A stretch of 64,000 bases of DNA, from contig JAJDUF010000011.1 in the NCBI GenBank assembly GCA_022826725.1, positions 101,000-164,999 of the forward strand. The letters run 5' to 3'. The notes beneath the pieces are model-generated. The model had not been told where the DNA came from, did not search any database, and worked only from the letters and a program-made list of their open reading frames with translations. Numbering within the stretch: position 1 is the stretch's first letter; each line of letters begins with the position of its first letter. A program made the translations under genes and the position numbers. This document shows, one piece after another, positions 1 through 9,770 of this stretch. Source of the stretch: Chloroflexota bacterium. GTDB taxonomy: Bacteria; Chloroflexota; UBA11872; UBA12225; JAJDUF01.

Positions 1-280
1 CAGCTTGGCTCGCGTGCCGCAACCGAGCCACCCGATTTTACCGGGAGCGGCGGCTGCGAGCCGGGTGGCCCATCGCCGGATGCTGTGGGAGGAGTAGGTG
101 TTGCGGCAAGGGGACGGCGATACGGCTTGACCGCCTGCTTGGTTCCGACTTAGTTTCCAACCACCAGAACCGATGAGGTCTGCGGCCGCCGATACTTCAC
201 TCTGGCCTCCTAGTACGAGCCTAAGCGCTTGGAGCACAGATTTCATCCCCACTGCAACCGCTGGCGTGAAGATTCACGCT

Positions 281-1858
281 TTATGTGTAGCTGGGTGGGC
301 CGGACTGGACAAAATCAAGAACCGGGCCCCCTTCGCTGGTCACACCGTCCACCGGCATCGGCACAGTGTACGTCAGCGTCGCCGCGTCGTCCACCACCTC
401 GATCCCCTGCACGAAGTTGCGGAGCAGCGCCTTGCGGTCCGGGAACGTCCCCCGCTGCAACAAGGCCCGGAAGTCCGCCACGTACCCCGTGATCTCCGCC
501 GTGCCGGGCAACGCCACCTTTCGCTGGGCCAACTGGTGCTCGGTGGCCTCCCGCGCCGCCGCCAGCTGATCCTGCCGGTGCCGCAGGGCCAGGATGCGCG
601 GCGACAGCGCCGCCAACGTCAACGCACTGGTCTCCAGCGCCTCGTAGAGCCGCTCCAGCCGGCTGCTGACATCGGCCAACTCCGCGTCGATGGTCTGCAA
701 TCGACCAGCCACCTCCCCGGCGACGGTGTCAATCTCCTCGGCGACCAGCGTCACCAACTCGGTGATGGTCGCATCGTTCAGAATGCGGGCCTTGATCGTG
801 TCTACGATGAAGGCCTCGACCTTGGGCGCGTTTAGGTAGCGGGCGGTGCAAGTCCCCGCCCCCTCCCGCTGCAAGGTGCCACAGACGTAGTAAGCGAACT
901 GCCCGCTCTTAGCCCCCTGGCCGACATAGGCCTTCCCACACACCCCGCAGCGCAGCAGGCCACTCAACAGGAACGTGCTGCCCACCCGGGCGGGTCGCTG
1001 CACTGCTGGCGCGCGCTCTCGCAGTGCCCGCTGCACCTCAGCGAACAACTCCTGGGACACCAGCGCCGGCCAGGCCCCCGGCACGCGCACCGGGTCCGGT
1101 GCCTGCGTACCCGTGGTGGTGCGGCCCCACACCGCGGTGCCGGTGTAGGCTTCGTTGGTCAGCAGGTAGTGCAGCGCGTTCTTCCGCCAGCGTTTCCCGC
1201 GGTTGGTGAGGCCGCGATCATTCAACGCCTTACAGATCTCCTTCAGGCCGTGGCCCCGGAGGGAGCGCTGGAAGATGTCCTTGACCACCGGCGCCGCGGC
1301 CGGGTCCACCTCCAAGGTCGGCCGCTCCTTCACGCCATCGCGGACCTTGACCCGCCGGTAGCCGAACGGCGCCCGCGACCCCAGGAAGAAGCCGCGCGCG
1401 GCGGCCTCGCGCATGCCGCGGGTGACCTCCTGGGCGAGGTTCTCGGAGTAGAACTCGTCCACGCTCTCGATGATCGCCTCCATCAGCTTGCCGGTGGGCG
1501 AGTCGTCGGCGTGCTCGGTGATCGAGACCACCTTGATCCCCCTGCGCCGGAGCATGGCCTTGAAGGCCACGGCATGCTCGCGCTTGCGAGTGAAGCGGGA
1601 GAACTTCCAGACCAGGATCACCTGGAAGGGGGCCTGGGGACGGCCACCAGCTTCGAGCAGCTTGCGGAACTCCGGCCGGTCGGCCACGCGCCCGCTCTCG
1701 GCCTCGTCCACGTATTCACGGACGACGACGTAGCCGTGCTGGGCGGCGTAATTCCGCAGCGCCCGCAGTTGGGCAGCGACGGAAAGGTCCACGTCTTGGC
1801 GGTCGCTGGACACGCGGGCGTACAGGGCTGCTGGGACCGGGTTGGGTTGGTTACGCAT
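281..1858 (-). CDS. Large serine recombinase (resolvase + recombinase + zinc-ribbon domains)
   Basis: YARVSS catalytic motif, ESG...DRPEF, SRFTR, CGVCG...YYVC zinc ribbon, coiled coil; GGAGG RBS. Confidence 0.95.
   Translation of the reverse strand: MRNQPNPVPAALYARVSSDRQDVDLSVAAQLRALRNYAAQHGYVVVREYVDEAESGRVADRPEFRKLLEAGGRPQAPFQVILVWKFSRFTRKREHAVAFKAMLRRRGIKVVSITEHADDSPTGKLMEAIIESVDEFYSENLAQEVTRGMREAAARGFFLGSRAPFGYRRVKVRDGVKERPTLEVDPAAAPVVKDIFQRSLRGHGLKEICKALNDRGLTNRGKRWRKNALHYLLTNEAYTGTAVWGRTTTGTQAPDPVRVPGAWPALVSQELFAEVQRALRERAPAVQRPARVGSTFLLSGLLRCGVCGKAYVGQGAKSGQFAYYVCGTLQREGAGTCTARYLNAPKVEAFIVDTIKARILNDATITELVTLVAEEIDTVAGEVAGRLQTIDAELADVSSRLERLYEALETSALTLAALSPRILALRHRQDQLAAAREATEHQLAQRKVALPGTAEITGYVADFRALLQRGTFPDRKALLRNFVQGIEVVDDAATLTYTVPMPVDGVTSEGGPVLDFVQSGPPSYT
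294..323. repeat. Left attachment site (core + inverted arm), inside the recombinase 3' end
   Basis: ACTGGACAAAATCAAGAACC (304-323) is the reverse complement of GGTTCTGGATTTTGTCCAGT (41525-41544) with one mismatch. Confidence 0.85.
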
Positions 1859-2075
1859 CGGGGGTACCTCCTGTGTCAGCTTGCTCGGCGGCTCGACGGG
1901 CTTGGAGGCGCTCGTAGCGGATGGTCTGACGCCACTCCCGTTCTTCCATGTACAAGCGCAGGGCTTCGCGCACGAGGTCGCTCATGGTGCGGCCTTCGGC
2001 GCGCATGACGGCCCGCACCTGGGCCGCCATGGCCGGGGGTAGCGAGAAGGTGATGGTCTTCGTGGTACGCTTCAT
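1851..2075 (-). CDS. CopG/ribbon-helix-helix regulator coupled to the recombinase
   Basis: MKRTTKTITFSLPPAMAAQV...TMSDLVREALRLY; GGAG RBS; overlaps recombinase start by 8 nt. Confidence 0.85.
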   Translation of the reverse strand: MKRTTKTITFSLPPAMAAQVRAVMRAEGRTMSDLVREALRLYMEEREWRQTIRYERLQARRAAEQADTGGTPDA

Positions 2076-2105
2076 GGCCACTCCTATCATACTTAGTCTT
2101 ACATA

Positions 2106-2134
2106 ACTATGGCGCATTCGCATGGCGGTGTCAA
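2106..2134 (-). promoter_or_regulatory. Sigma70-type promoter for the RHH-recombinase operon
   Basis: TTGACA-17 nt-CATAGT on the minus strand, ~30 nt upstream of ATG 2075. Confidence 0.5.
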
Positions 2135-2411
2135 GGCGATGCCGGCCGGCACATGACCGCATGATGAGCCCGCCTCCCAGGGTGCCGATCCCCCGCCGCC
2201 GGCGTAACGTCCTGAGAGGGAGGGCGCGCGTGCCCTCCGCTAGAGGACCCACAGTTCGCGGCAGTGACACCGCTGTCATGAACGTGTGCAGAAACCTGCA
2301 CTGGAATCCGCCACCGACGCCGGACAGGCCCATGTTGCGGTACCGCGAGCTCGAGCGGCACGTCTGCTGAGATTGCAGGCACTGACTCGGTGAACTGCGG
2401 AGCGCACCCCG

Positions 2412-5400
2412 TCAGCTCAAGCGCAGGTCCAAAGCCACGTCAGCAACGCGCGTGAAGACAGTCTGGACAGAGATGGTGGTTGAAGAGTCACGTTCTCGCA
2501 TTACCGGTGCCAATCTGACATTGTTCTGAGCAATTATGCGGCGTTCGACCTCGCGGAGAAGGTCTTCGTCGAGCCCAACCGCCTCCGCGAGTAGCGATAC
2601 GAGCGCGGCTGCCCGGGAATCGGGAGTCGCCGGGTTCATGACTGCGTCCCGAACCATACCGGCGGCGACGGTATCGCTTCGCAGTCGATGGGGAACACGG
2701 CGTATGAAGGGGTCGTCGTAATACGTCTCACCAGCCCCGTCCAGCCAGTCGAGAGTGCGCTCAATCCGCTCGAAGATCTCGGAACTGTCGGCCGCCGCGA
2801 AGGCATCATCGAAGGAAGTTCGGGGTCGGAAAGGATGACCTGTAGGACACCGACTGCCTGCGATCAGCGCGGAGAGGGCCTCACGAGTGGGATCGCCACT
2901 ACTCACGGGAACGCCTCGCAGTGCATCATCCAAGCGGCCTAGTAGTTCTTCCTGCTGTAGACCGATCCGCTCGAATTGTGCGACGAGGACGCTGACAAGG
3001 CGCTCGCGTTGGTCGCCGCGGTACTGCAAGAGATGAGTAACGAGGGCATCGGTGATTGCGTCGGTGCTCGGACTATCTCCCGTGAACAGTCGAGTGACAC
3101 ACCACACCAAGACACCATTCAGCCCCAATAGACCGGGGTCGGCGGCGATTGCACTCTCAAGTTCCTGTTGAAGGGTGGTGTTTCGCCCAGCGACCAAGGC
3201 CAGCGCGTTCCAGACATCGCTCTTGGGCTCCTCTGCCCGGAGTCCAGAGAGCCGCGGAAGGAGCGTATCGCCGAACTCAGACCGCAGATCTTCCCAGCAC
3301 GAGGCGAGTTGTTGCAGCAGGGTCCCGTCCGGTCCGTGGAATGGATCGGCTAGGGAGACCCCAACGGGCAACGACTCACCGATCGTCTCCACACGGCCTT
3401 CCAACATCGACCAATCGCCGCACACGCACATGCCAACCCACGCACTGCGTCTCCGGGCTTCATGGTCCGGCCCGTAACACGATGCCTGTTTACCTAAGTA
3501 AACCAGGGCTCGATCCCATTGTTCATTATCAACGTGACCCTCCTCCCGCGCCCTAAGCAAAGCTCGATGATAAGCAAGGGAAGCGATGCTCTTATTGGGC
3601 TCGGACACCTCGTCTGCCCACCGACGGGTCAAATGCACCACGGCATCAGGTGCGATGGCCCCGTCTGCCAGCGACTGACACACCCTCGCGCGCAGGTACG
3701 CGGGTAGCGACCGGAGAATAGTCGATGCGTCTTCTAGGAATCGTTCAACCTGTTCAGGATCGTGACGGAACACGGGCAAGATTGGTTCGAGAGGGCGGTC
3801 TTCAGCCTCGGCGAGTTCAGCCAGCGCCGCCTTTGAGGCCGCGGAGGGATAGAAGGCGGCGGCGAGCATATAGCGGGGGTCACCGCCAAATGGATTGGGG
3901 CCACTTGGCATGAGTCCCAGCGCCTCTGCGGCGACCGATTCGATTTCCGGTGCGGGGCCGATCTCTTGTTCCTGGCAGGCTTCGAATATGGCGGAGGCAA
4001 GGATGTCGTAGCGCCCAGAACCGGGGTTCGCAGGTCCGGCGAGGTCGCGGAGGATCGCCAGCAGGCGAGGGATTACCTCGCCAGTGGCCAAGGCACTCGT
4101 TGCGACGTTCGCGACCATTGATGCCCGTACGGGATTACCCATCAGCACCGAGTGAAGTGCATCGCGGGCATCAGCATCTTCACCGAAGTAATCGACCAGC
4201 GCATCTGCGGACCAGTGAGGCCAGGGTGAAGTGGCGAGGTCCTCTAGCAGGGCTGTCTTCATCATTGGCCCACGATCGACTGCGGCGAGTCGCCACAACT
4301 CAGGACCATCGATTCTCTTTGTGAATGTGCGAAGGCGATCTTCAATCGCCGCTGCGACACGGCCATTGCGAGGTGATTCGGGAGGATATGCCAGCGCTAG
4401 CAACTGCCCGTTACCGAGTTTCACCCTCAGGCCTAGCGAGGAGTTTTCCTCGGACCGGAGCTGGTCGCACACGATATGCACAACCCGGTCGTCGTCACCC
4501 AGCAGGTTGAGCGCGACGGGCCAAATCAAGTCAGAGTTACGGTATGGTCCCGATGCGGACTGCAAGCTCTCGACCAAGTCTTCAAGAACTGAATGTTGAC
4601 CACGTACCGCTTCCGAGACCGCAGCGACGAGCAACTCAGGGTGAGTGTTCCCGAAACCAGGGTTCCGGAGGTGCTCAATCAGCCACTCGCGTTCGACATC
4701 GCTCAACTGCTGGATGTCGCTCGGGAGTTCTGTCGGAGAGTCGCAGAGCGTAGTTCGCAGCACGCCAAGCGCGTCGCTAAGGGCCACAATCCGGACACTT
4801 TCGTCTGCGTGCCCTCGTGCGTCGTTCAGGATATCTTCGACCAAGGGATCGTGCCGCCACTCAAGGGCCAGTGCCATCAGAGCAGCGGCCTGGGCGAGAC
4901 CAGAGGGAGGGTTGGATAGAATATGCAGCAGTTCCCTACGCAGTAGGTCGCGCTCCTTGTTGTTAACGGATCGACTGTTCGAGCATCTGCCGGCGATTGC
5001 CACCGCGCTTGCATCGGCAATCCAACCGTGTGGATGGAGCAGCGCCATCAAAAGCAGCTTGCAAGCGGTCTCTGACGGAGCCCCAACCTGTGTTATTTGA
5101 GCGATCTCCCGCACGAGTGTGCTGGATGGCTCTTGGACAAGCAGTGTCCAGCGCTCCAGGCAGTCCCGCACGATGTCTTCGGTCGCCGCTCCCTCCAAAC
5201 CCGCCAGAACGCTATCCAGAAGACGTGCGCGATGCGGTCCATACGGATGGGTTTCGATCACCTCGATAATGCCAGGAGCGCTCTTCTGGATGTCTCCGGC
5301 CGGAAGGTCGTATGGTCCAAATACCACTTCCGCAAGGATTTCACGTGCGCGTAGTCCTGTTGGGGTTTCGTCAACACGCCGCCGGATCGCCCCCATCAGG

Positions 5401-7643
5401 TCGCTCAACTCCGACGGGCGGCGAAGCCTCGACATCGTGGCGAGGAGCACTTCGCGCCATCGGGGGTCTCCGATGTGCTCTGCGAACAGTTCATTCATTG
5501 CCGCGGGAGTGAGTTGGTCTGAGATGTATTCGGCAGCGAGTTGCTCCTGTAGTATTCGATGGAGAAAGCCGAGTTCTGTCGCCCCCTTTCGGACGAGGAG
5601 TCCTAGCTCACCTTCTGCTACGTTCAGTAGCTGGTCGGCAGTTTCCGCCGCATCAGCCGCATTCATGGCGAGACGGGCGGGAGCACACAGCGCGTGGAGG
5701 AAGTCTTCGCGTAGTCTTGTCTCTTCGAGAGTCGAGATGTCGCCCCTAGCCTGGCTTACGAAGGCGACATTCGCGAGGACTGCTCTTAGTTGGCGAACTG
5801 ACAATCCCCGTCGCGGCGTCGTCACAGCTGCTGCTACGCGCCTGTTCGTGGGGTGGTCAGCGACAAGAAGCTGAACCGCTTGGTCATAGACTTCGAAGCG
5901 CTCCGCCGGCAGCGTGCCTACGCTCGATAAGCGCAGTCCCACTAGGAGCACCAGGAAGAGAGGGGTCCCACTGATTGCGCGGAGACCAGGCACATTACGG
6001 ATCTGTGACAGGAAATCGTCAATCGACCGCTCGACGGTGTCAGGCGATGATGGGCGATCTTCCGAATCGATGACCGCACGAAAGTAGTGGAGTGCGAGCA
6101 GGCGCTGCTGGTCCGGGTTCAGGGGTGCGATGCGTCGGTATGTCCAGCCGGCACCCAACGTGAGTTGGGACAGCCCGTAGGGCCGAGTCGAGACTACCAG
6201 CGGTGTTGACCGCGAGTCCGCAAAGGTTTTCAAAGCGGCGACTGCATACTGCCCCGCTTCGTCGCTGACCCACTCGTCGAGGCCGTCAACGACTAGGAGC
6301 AAGCGTTGATCGTTGAGCGCCGCTTTGACAAGAGGCCAGATCTGGCCGGCATCATGTTGTTCCAGCCATGCCTTGAGCGCCTCCCCAATGGACGCAGCTG
6401 CGCCCGTTTGGCCGGCGACCCGCTGCGTAAAGAAGTGGAATGGCAACCAGATAGGGAGATACTGCCCTAATCGTTCGGCGACAGTCCGCCACCTTGGTTC
6501 CCTGCTCAGCAGGTCAAGAACCAGGTGCCTGAGGAGGGTGCTCTTGCCGGCGCCTGGATCACCAACGATCACTTGTAAGGGTTCCACACCTATCCACTGA
6601 TCGGCCGGCCGACGATCCAACACGCGGGGGTTCTCCAGGTGACGGTGCCTCCGAGCCGCGTTCGGCGGAAACGACATCCCCTCGTCCCGTGTCAGCGGGG
6701 CCCACGCAGCTGCTTCCGCCATGGCTGCAAGTAAGTCGTGTCCGTCCGTATCTAGTTCATCCAGGTCGTCTTCAGGCTGTGGTAGGGGGGCGGCCTGCGG
6801 TGTTGTGGTCACCAGATCGGGTATCACGAACCGTTCTGGCAGTGCGACCGGGTGCGTCTCACTGAACCGGAATGCAATCATCCCAGAGTCAGCGACGCCA
6901 AACGACGCCGCGTAGATTCGGGCGAGTTCACAGCGGAGCTTGGCTACCTGCCCGGCATCAAGCCGACCGCCGAGCCGCGTAGCTGCCTCGTCGCCGCAGA
7001 ACTCCTTCACCCAATGCCGACCAAAGAAGTCATCGACCAGTTCTGGGTGGTTCTTTAGCCGCCTGGAGATCTCCTCCTGATCCCAGACCACATACTCAAT
7101 GGATCGTTGCAAAAGTTGTGCAGCTAGCTTCTCGATTTCATGCACCAGCTCGGTCGATCTAGTGGAAGCGCGTGTGGCATAAACGAATTTTCGCGATACC
7201 TTGGCCCATCGTCCTTCAAGAAACCTGTCGACGCTGGCGCTCAGCTCCGCCGTCGTCACTGTTGCGATTCGACGTGCCTGGAGGCACACGTACCTCCGCT
7301 GTGGGTGCGGCTTGCCAGGGACCAGCCTATCCCTCGCGAACAGATCAATTCCGAATTGGGCCTGGCCACGCCGACCGTACAGCCTCACGACCGGTGTGGT
7401 CGGCCGACCCGTTTGGTCCGCCGTCGAAGCATGGACGGGTTCTGCGTCTAGATCGAGAAGGCGGAGACAGAGACGCTCAAAATCCTCCCATGCAAGTTCA
7501 CCAACAGGAAGTAACGCGGATCGCGTTCTTATCGGTGGGGATACGCCCCCTCCAATCGGAGGTACGCGCAGCCATGATGGCACCGGCAACCATGTGGACG
7601 GCTGATCGGGATCGGCAGGAGGCACGCTTTTCCGCTCCCGCAC
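2412..7643 (-). CDS. NACHT/STAND NTPase with N-terminal restriction-endonuclease-like domain and helical-repeat C-terminus (Avs/NLR-like defence protein)
   Basis: WEDFERLC...YGRRGQAQFGIDL...LQAR; Walker A GDPGAGKS; Walker B LLVVDGLDE; GTPLFL; FLHRILQEQLAA; long helical tail. Confidence 0.8.
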   Translation of the reverse strand: MRERKSVPPADPDQPSTWLPVPSWLRVPPIGGGVSPPIRTRSALLPVGELAWEDFERLCLRLLDLDAEPVHASTADQTGRPTTPVVRLYGRRGQAQFGIDLFARDRLVPGKPHPQRRYVCLQARRIATVTTAELSASVDRFLEGRWAKVSRKFVYATRASTRSTELVHEIEKLAAQLLQRSIEYVVWDQEEISRRLKNHPELVDDFFGRHWVKEFCGDEAATRLGGRLDAGQVAKLRCELARIYAASFGVADSGMIAFRFSETHPVALPERFVIPDLVTTTPQAAPLPQPEDDLDELDTDGHDLLAAMAEAAAWAPLTRDEGMSFPPNAARRHRHLENPRVLDRRPADQWIGVEPLQVIVGDPGAGKSTLLRHLVLDLLSREPRWRTVAERLGQYLPIWLPFHFFTQRVAGQTGAAASIGEALKAWLEQHDAGQIWPLVKAALNDQRLLLVVDGLDEWVSDEAGQYAVAALKTFADSRSTPLVVSTRPYGLSQLTLGAGWTYRRIAPLNPDQQRLLALHYFRAVIDSEDRPSSPDTVERSIDDFLSQIRNVPGLRAISGTPLFLVLLVGLRLSSVGTLPAERFEVYDQAVQLLVADHPTNRRVAAAVTTPRRGLSVRQLRAVLANVAFVSQARGDISTLEETRLREDFLHALCAPARLAMNAADAAETADQLLNVAEGELGLLVRKGATELGFLHRILQEQLAAEYISDQLTPAAMNELFAEHIGDPRWREVLLATMSRLRRPSELSDLMGAIRRRVDETPTGLRAREILAEVVFGPYDLPAGDIQKSAPGIIEVIETHPYGPHRARLLDSVLAGLEGAATEDIVRDCLERWTLLVQEPSSTLVREIAQITQVGAPSETACKLLLMALLHPHGWIADASAVAIAGRCSNSRSVNNKERDLLRRELLHILSNPPSGLAQAAALMALALEWRHDPLVEDILNDARGHADESVRIVALSDALGVLRTTLCDSPTELPSDIQQLSDVEREWLIEHLRNPGFGNTHPELLVAAVSEAVRGQHSVLEDLVESLQSASGPYRNSDLIWPVALNLLGDDDRVVHIVCDQLRSEENSSLGLRVKLGNGQLLALAYPPESPRNGRVAAAIEDRLRTFTKRIDGPELWRLAAVDRGPMMKTALLEDLATSPWPHWSADALVDYFGEDADARDALHSVLMGNPVRASMVANVATSALATGEVIPRLLAILRDLAGPANPGSGRYDILASAIFEACQEQEIGPAPEIESVAAEALGLMPSGPNPFGGDPRYMLAAAFYPSAASKAALAELAEAEDRPLEPILPVFRHDPEQVERFLEDASTILRSLPAYLRARVCQSLADGAIAPDAVVHLTRRWADEVSEPNKSIASLAYHRALLRAREEGHVDNEQWDRALVYLGKQASCYGPDHEARRRSAWVGMCVCGDWSMLEGRVETIGESLPVGVSLADPFHGPDGTLLQQLASCWEDLRSEFGDTLLPRLSGLRAEEPKSDVWNALALVAGRNTTLQQELESAIAADPGLLGLNGVLVWCVTRLFTGDSPSTDAITDALVTHLLQYRGDQRERLVSVLVAQFERIGLQQEELLGRLDDALRGVPVSSGDPTREALSALIAGSRCPTGHPFRPRTSFDDAFAAADSSEIFERIERTLDWLDGAGETYYDDPFIRRVPHRLRSDTVAAGMVRDAVMNPATPDSRAAALVSLLAEAVGLDEDLLREVERRIIAQNNVRLAPVMRERDSSTTISVQTVFTRVADVALDLRLS

Positions 7644-8267
7644 TTCGTTCGTCGTTGGCTCGGACTTTGTTCTGACGTGGAATCCCCGGCTTGAGCCTAG
7701 CGTCCTGGGTGGCCCAAGCCACCATGCGAAGGGTACTTGAGGCCCCTATTGTATCACCGAAGCTCCGACAACTGTCATGCCCGCGATTGCCGGGGTGTCC
7801 GTCGTCCTGACGGAGTAGGTTGCCGGGTCGAAGTGTGCAATTGCAGTCCGCAGTGCCGACCATTGGATCCATGGAGCTTAAGTCTCTACAGCTTCCACAG
7901 GCGGGTCCTCGTGATACCGTCCGGAATGGACCACCCATAGGACCTACGTGGGAGGGCACGCGCGACCTCCCTTAAAAGGCCTGGTCAGCGCGGTGGTGTT
8001 ACCGCTGTAATGGACGTGTACAGGAATCGGTACTTGGGACCCCCTGGCCGCGTGGTGGGTCATAGACCCCCGCTACCAGAGAGGAAATGGGGGCACCGGC
8101 GGGGCGCGTGGCTCCATTCCAGCAAGCACCTGGGTAGTAGGGCTGGTTCCAAGGCGGTGGCTACAAACTTCCCTGGGAGCGGCCAACGGTGGCTACGACG
8201 CGGCCGGGGGGTGGTGGCCAACTGCCCCAGGGAAGCGCGGCCCTACCGGATGGCGGCCGGTGCGTAG

Positions 8268-9068
8268 ATGAGCGAGGAGCACAGCATGGAGACCCAGACC
8301 CCCAGTCTGGAGAGCGTGCTGGAACTGCGGCTGCTGGTGCTGCTGCACGACCTAGTGCGGCAAGAGGGGCGGTCGGGAGCGGCCGCCGTGTTGGGGGTGC
8401 ATCGCAAGACGGTGGCCGCGGCGGTCAAGACCGGCCGGTTGTCGCGGCGGATGCAGGACGCGCTGGGGAGACACCTGCTGGCAGGGCAGGCCGCCGACGC
8501 TGCGACCGAAAGCGCGGCGGAGGCCCGTCGGCCGTGGGAGCAGCACGTGGCAGCCGCGCTGCGGCGCCAGCGGGAGGAACTCTTGGCGGCCATCAGCGCG
8601 CAGGGCCAGCACGTGCGGGACGAAGCTGCACAGCGCACCCACGCCTTGGAGCAACGGTTGGTAGCGCTGGAGTCCCACCGGCAGGAGGGCGGTAAGGCGG
8701 CACCGCTGGGGCAGCACACGCAGGACGGGCAGCAGGTCGTCACCGCGGCACCGGCACCGGGGGAAGCAGCGGCATTTGGCGCGGCGGCCCCACTCATTGT
8801 CCAGTGGCGGCAGGCACGGGAGGCGCGGGGCGGGGCGGGAGACCCCCTGACCGCACTGCACACGGAGGTGCGGCTGCGGGAGCTGGAGCTGGCCCTGATC
8901 GGGGCCTACCACCTGACCCTGCCACCGGCGACGTATCCCTGGGACGCCCTCACCCGGCGGACCGAGGTGGACTGGCGCCGGCGGACCTTGGCGCGGGTGC
9001 GCGGCGAGCGCCGCCGGGCGGCGTGGCGACGCCGCCTGCGCCGGGTGCTCACGCTGGGATTGGCGTGA
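8268..9068 (+). CDS. Hypothetical protein with N-terminal HTH-like segment and coiled coil
   Basis: GRSGAAAVLGVHRKTVAAAV HTH-like motif; strong GC3 bias. Confidence 0.65.
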   Translation: MSEEHSMETQTPSLESVLELRLLVLLHDLVRQEGRSGAAAVLGVHRKTVAAAVKTGRLSRRMQDALGRHLLAGQAADAATESAAEARRPWEQHVAAALRRQREELLAAISAQGQHVRDEAAQRTHALEQRLVALESHRQEGGKAAPLGQHTQDGQQVVTAAPAPGEAAAFGAAAPLIVQWRQAREARGGAGDPLTALHTEVRLRELELALIGAYHLTLPPATYPWDALTRRTEVDWRRRTLARVRGERRRAAWRRRLRRVLTLGLA

Positions 9069-9722
9069 GCCGCATTGCAGCCGCATGGTTGCCCCATGCG
9101 CGCAAGCACTTGGCGCGGGGAGGCCGAAACCCCTTGTCACCGGTGCGCGGGAGCCGGAATACTGAGCGTATTGTCAGGCTTTGCCAGGTCTTCCCGCCTT
9201 AGAAACCTGGGGGTCCGGCCCTAGACCCGGGCGAGACCGCAGGGATCGAGCCTTGCTCTCCCCACGGTCCCCATGAGGGCACCGCTGCGCTGGCGGAGGA
9301 AGTAGATCCTGCGCCGGCAGTCCAATCCAGGGTGTGGCGTGCAACCGGCACGGTGCTCCTGGGGCCCGAAGGTCGGCGTGCGTCCGGCGCGCTGACCACC
9401 CGTTGCCGCCGGCCGCTGGTCTCGGACCGCACCACGACGCCGGGTGCCGATTTCCCAGCGTGCTCCCGGCGGTGCCGCTCACAATCCTCAGGCTCGGTGC
9501 AGTATCCACGGCCCGGCACCGTGGCACACCGGCTCCACTCCCCCACCACGACCTTGGTCGCACGGCAGCCACCCCGCTCGTGCATTGGCCGGGGTGCCCC
9601 TACCCACCGCGTCCCACGGATAGGCATCCGACCGTGGATAGCGCGGGTCCCGCACCAGCCGCTCCCGTCAGCAGTCCCCGTGCGCCAGATGTCCGCACGG
9701 ACCAGCCGAGAGGAGGTAGCAC

Positions 9723-9770
9723 ATGGACAGCAGCAGGCAAGGACACAAAGGAGGTGCAAGATGGTGGTAG
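9723..9770 (+). CDS. Putative 15-aa leader peptide MDSSRQGHKGGARWW overlapping the primase start
   Basis: AGGAGG at 9711-9716, ATG 9723, TAG 9768-9770; covers primase RBS and ATG 9761. Confidence 0.4.
   Translation: MDSSRQGHKGGARWW

Noticed and set aside
173-2008. Plus-strand ORFs over the recombinase, and similar shadow ORFs throughout the window
   Set aside because: Antisense shadows typical of high-GC coding DNA, with no recognisable motifs
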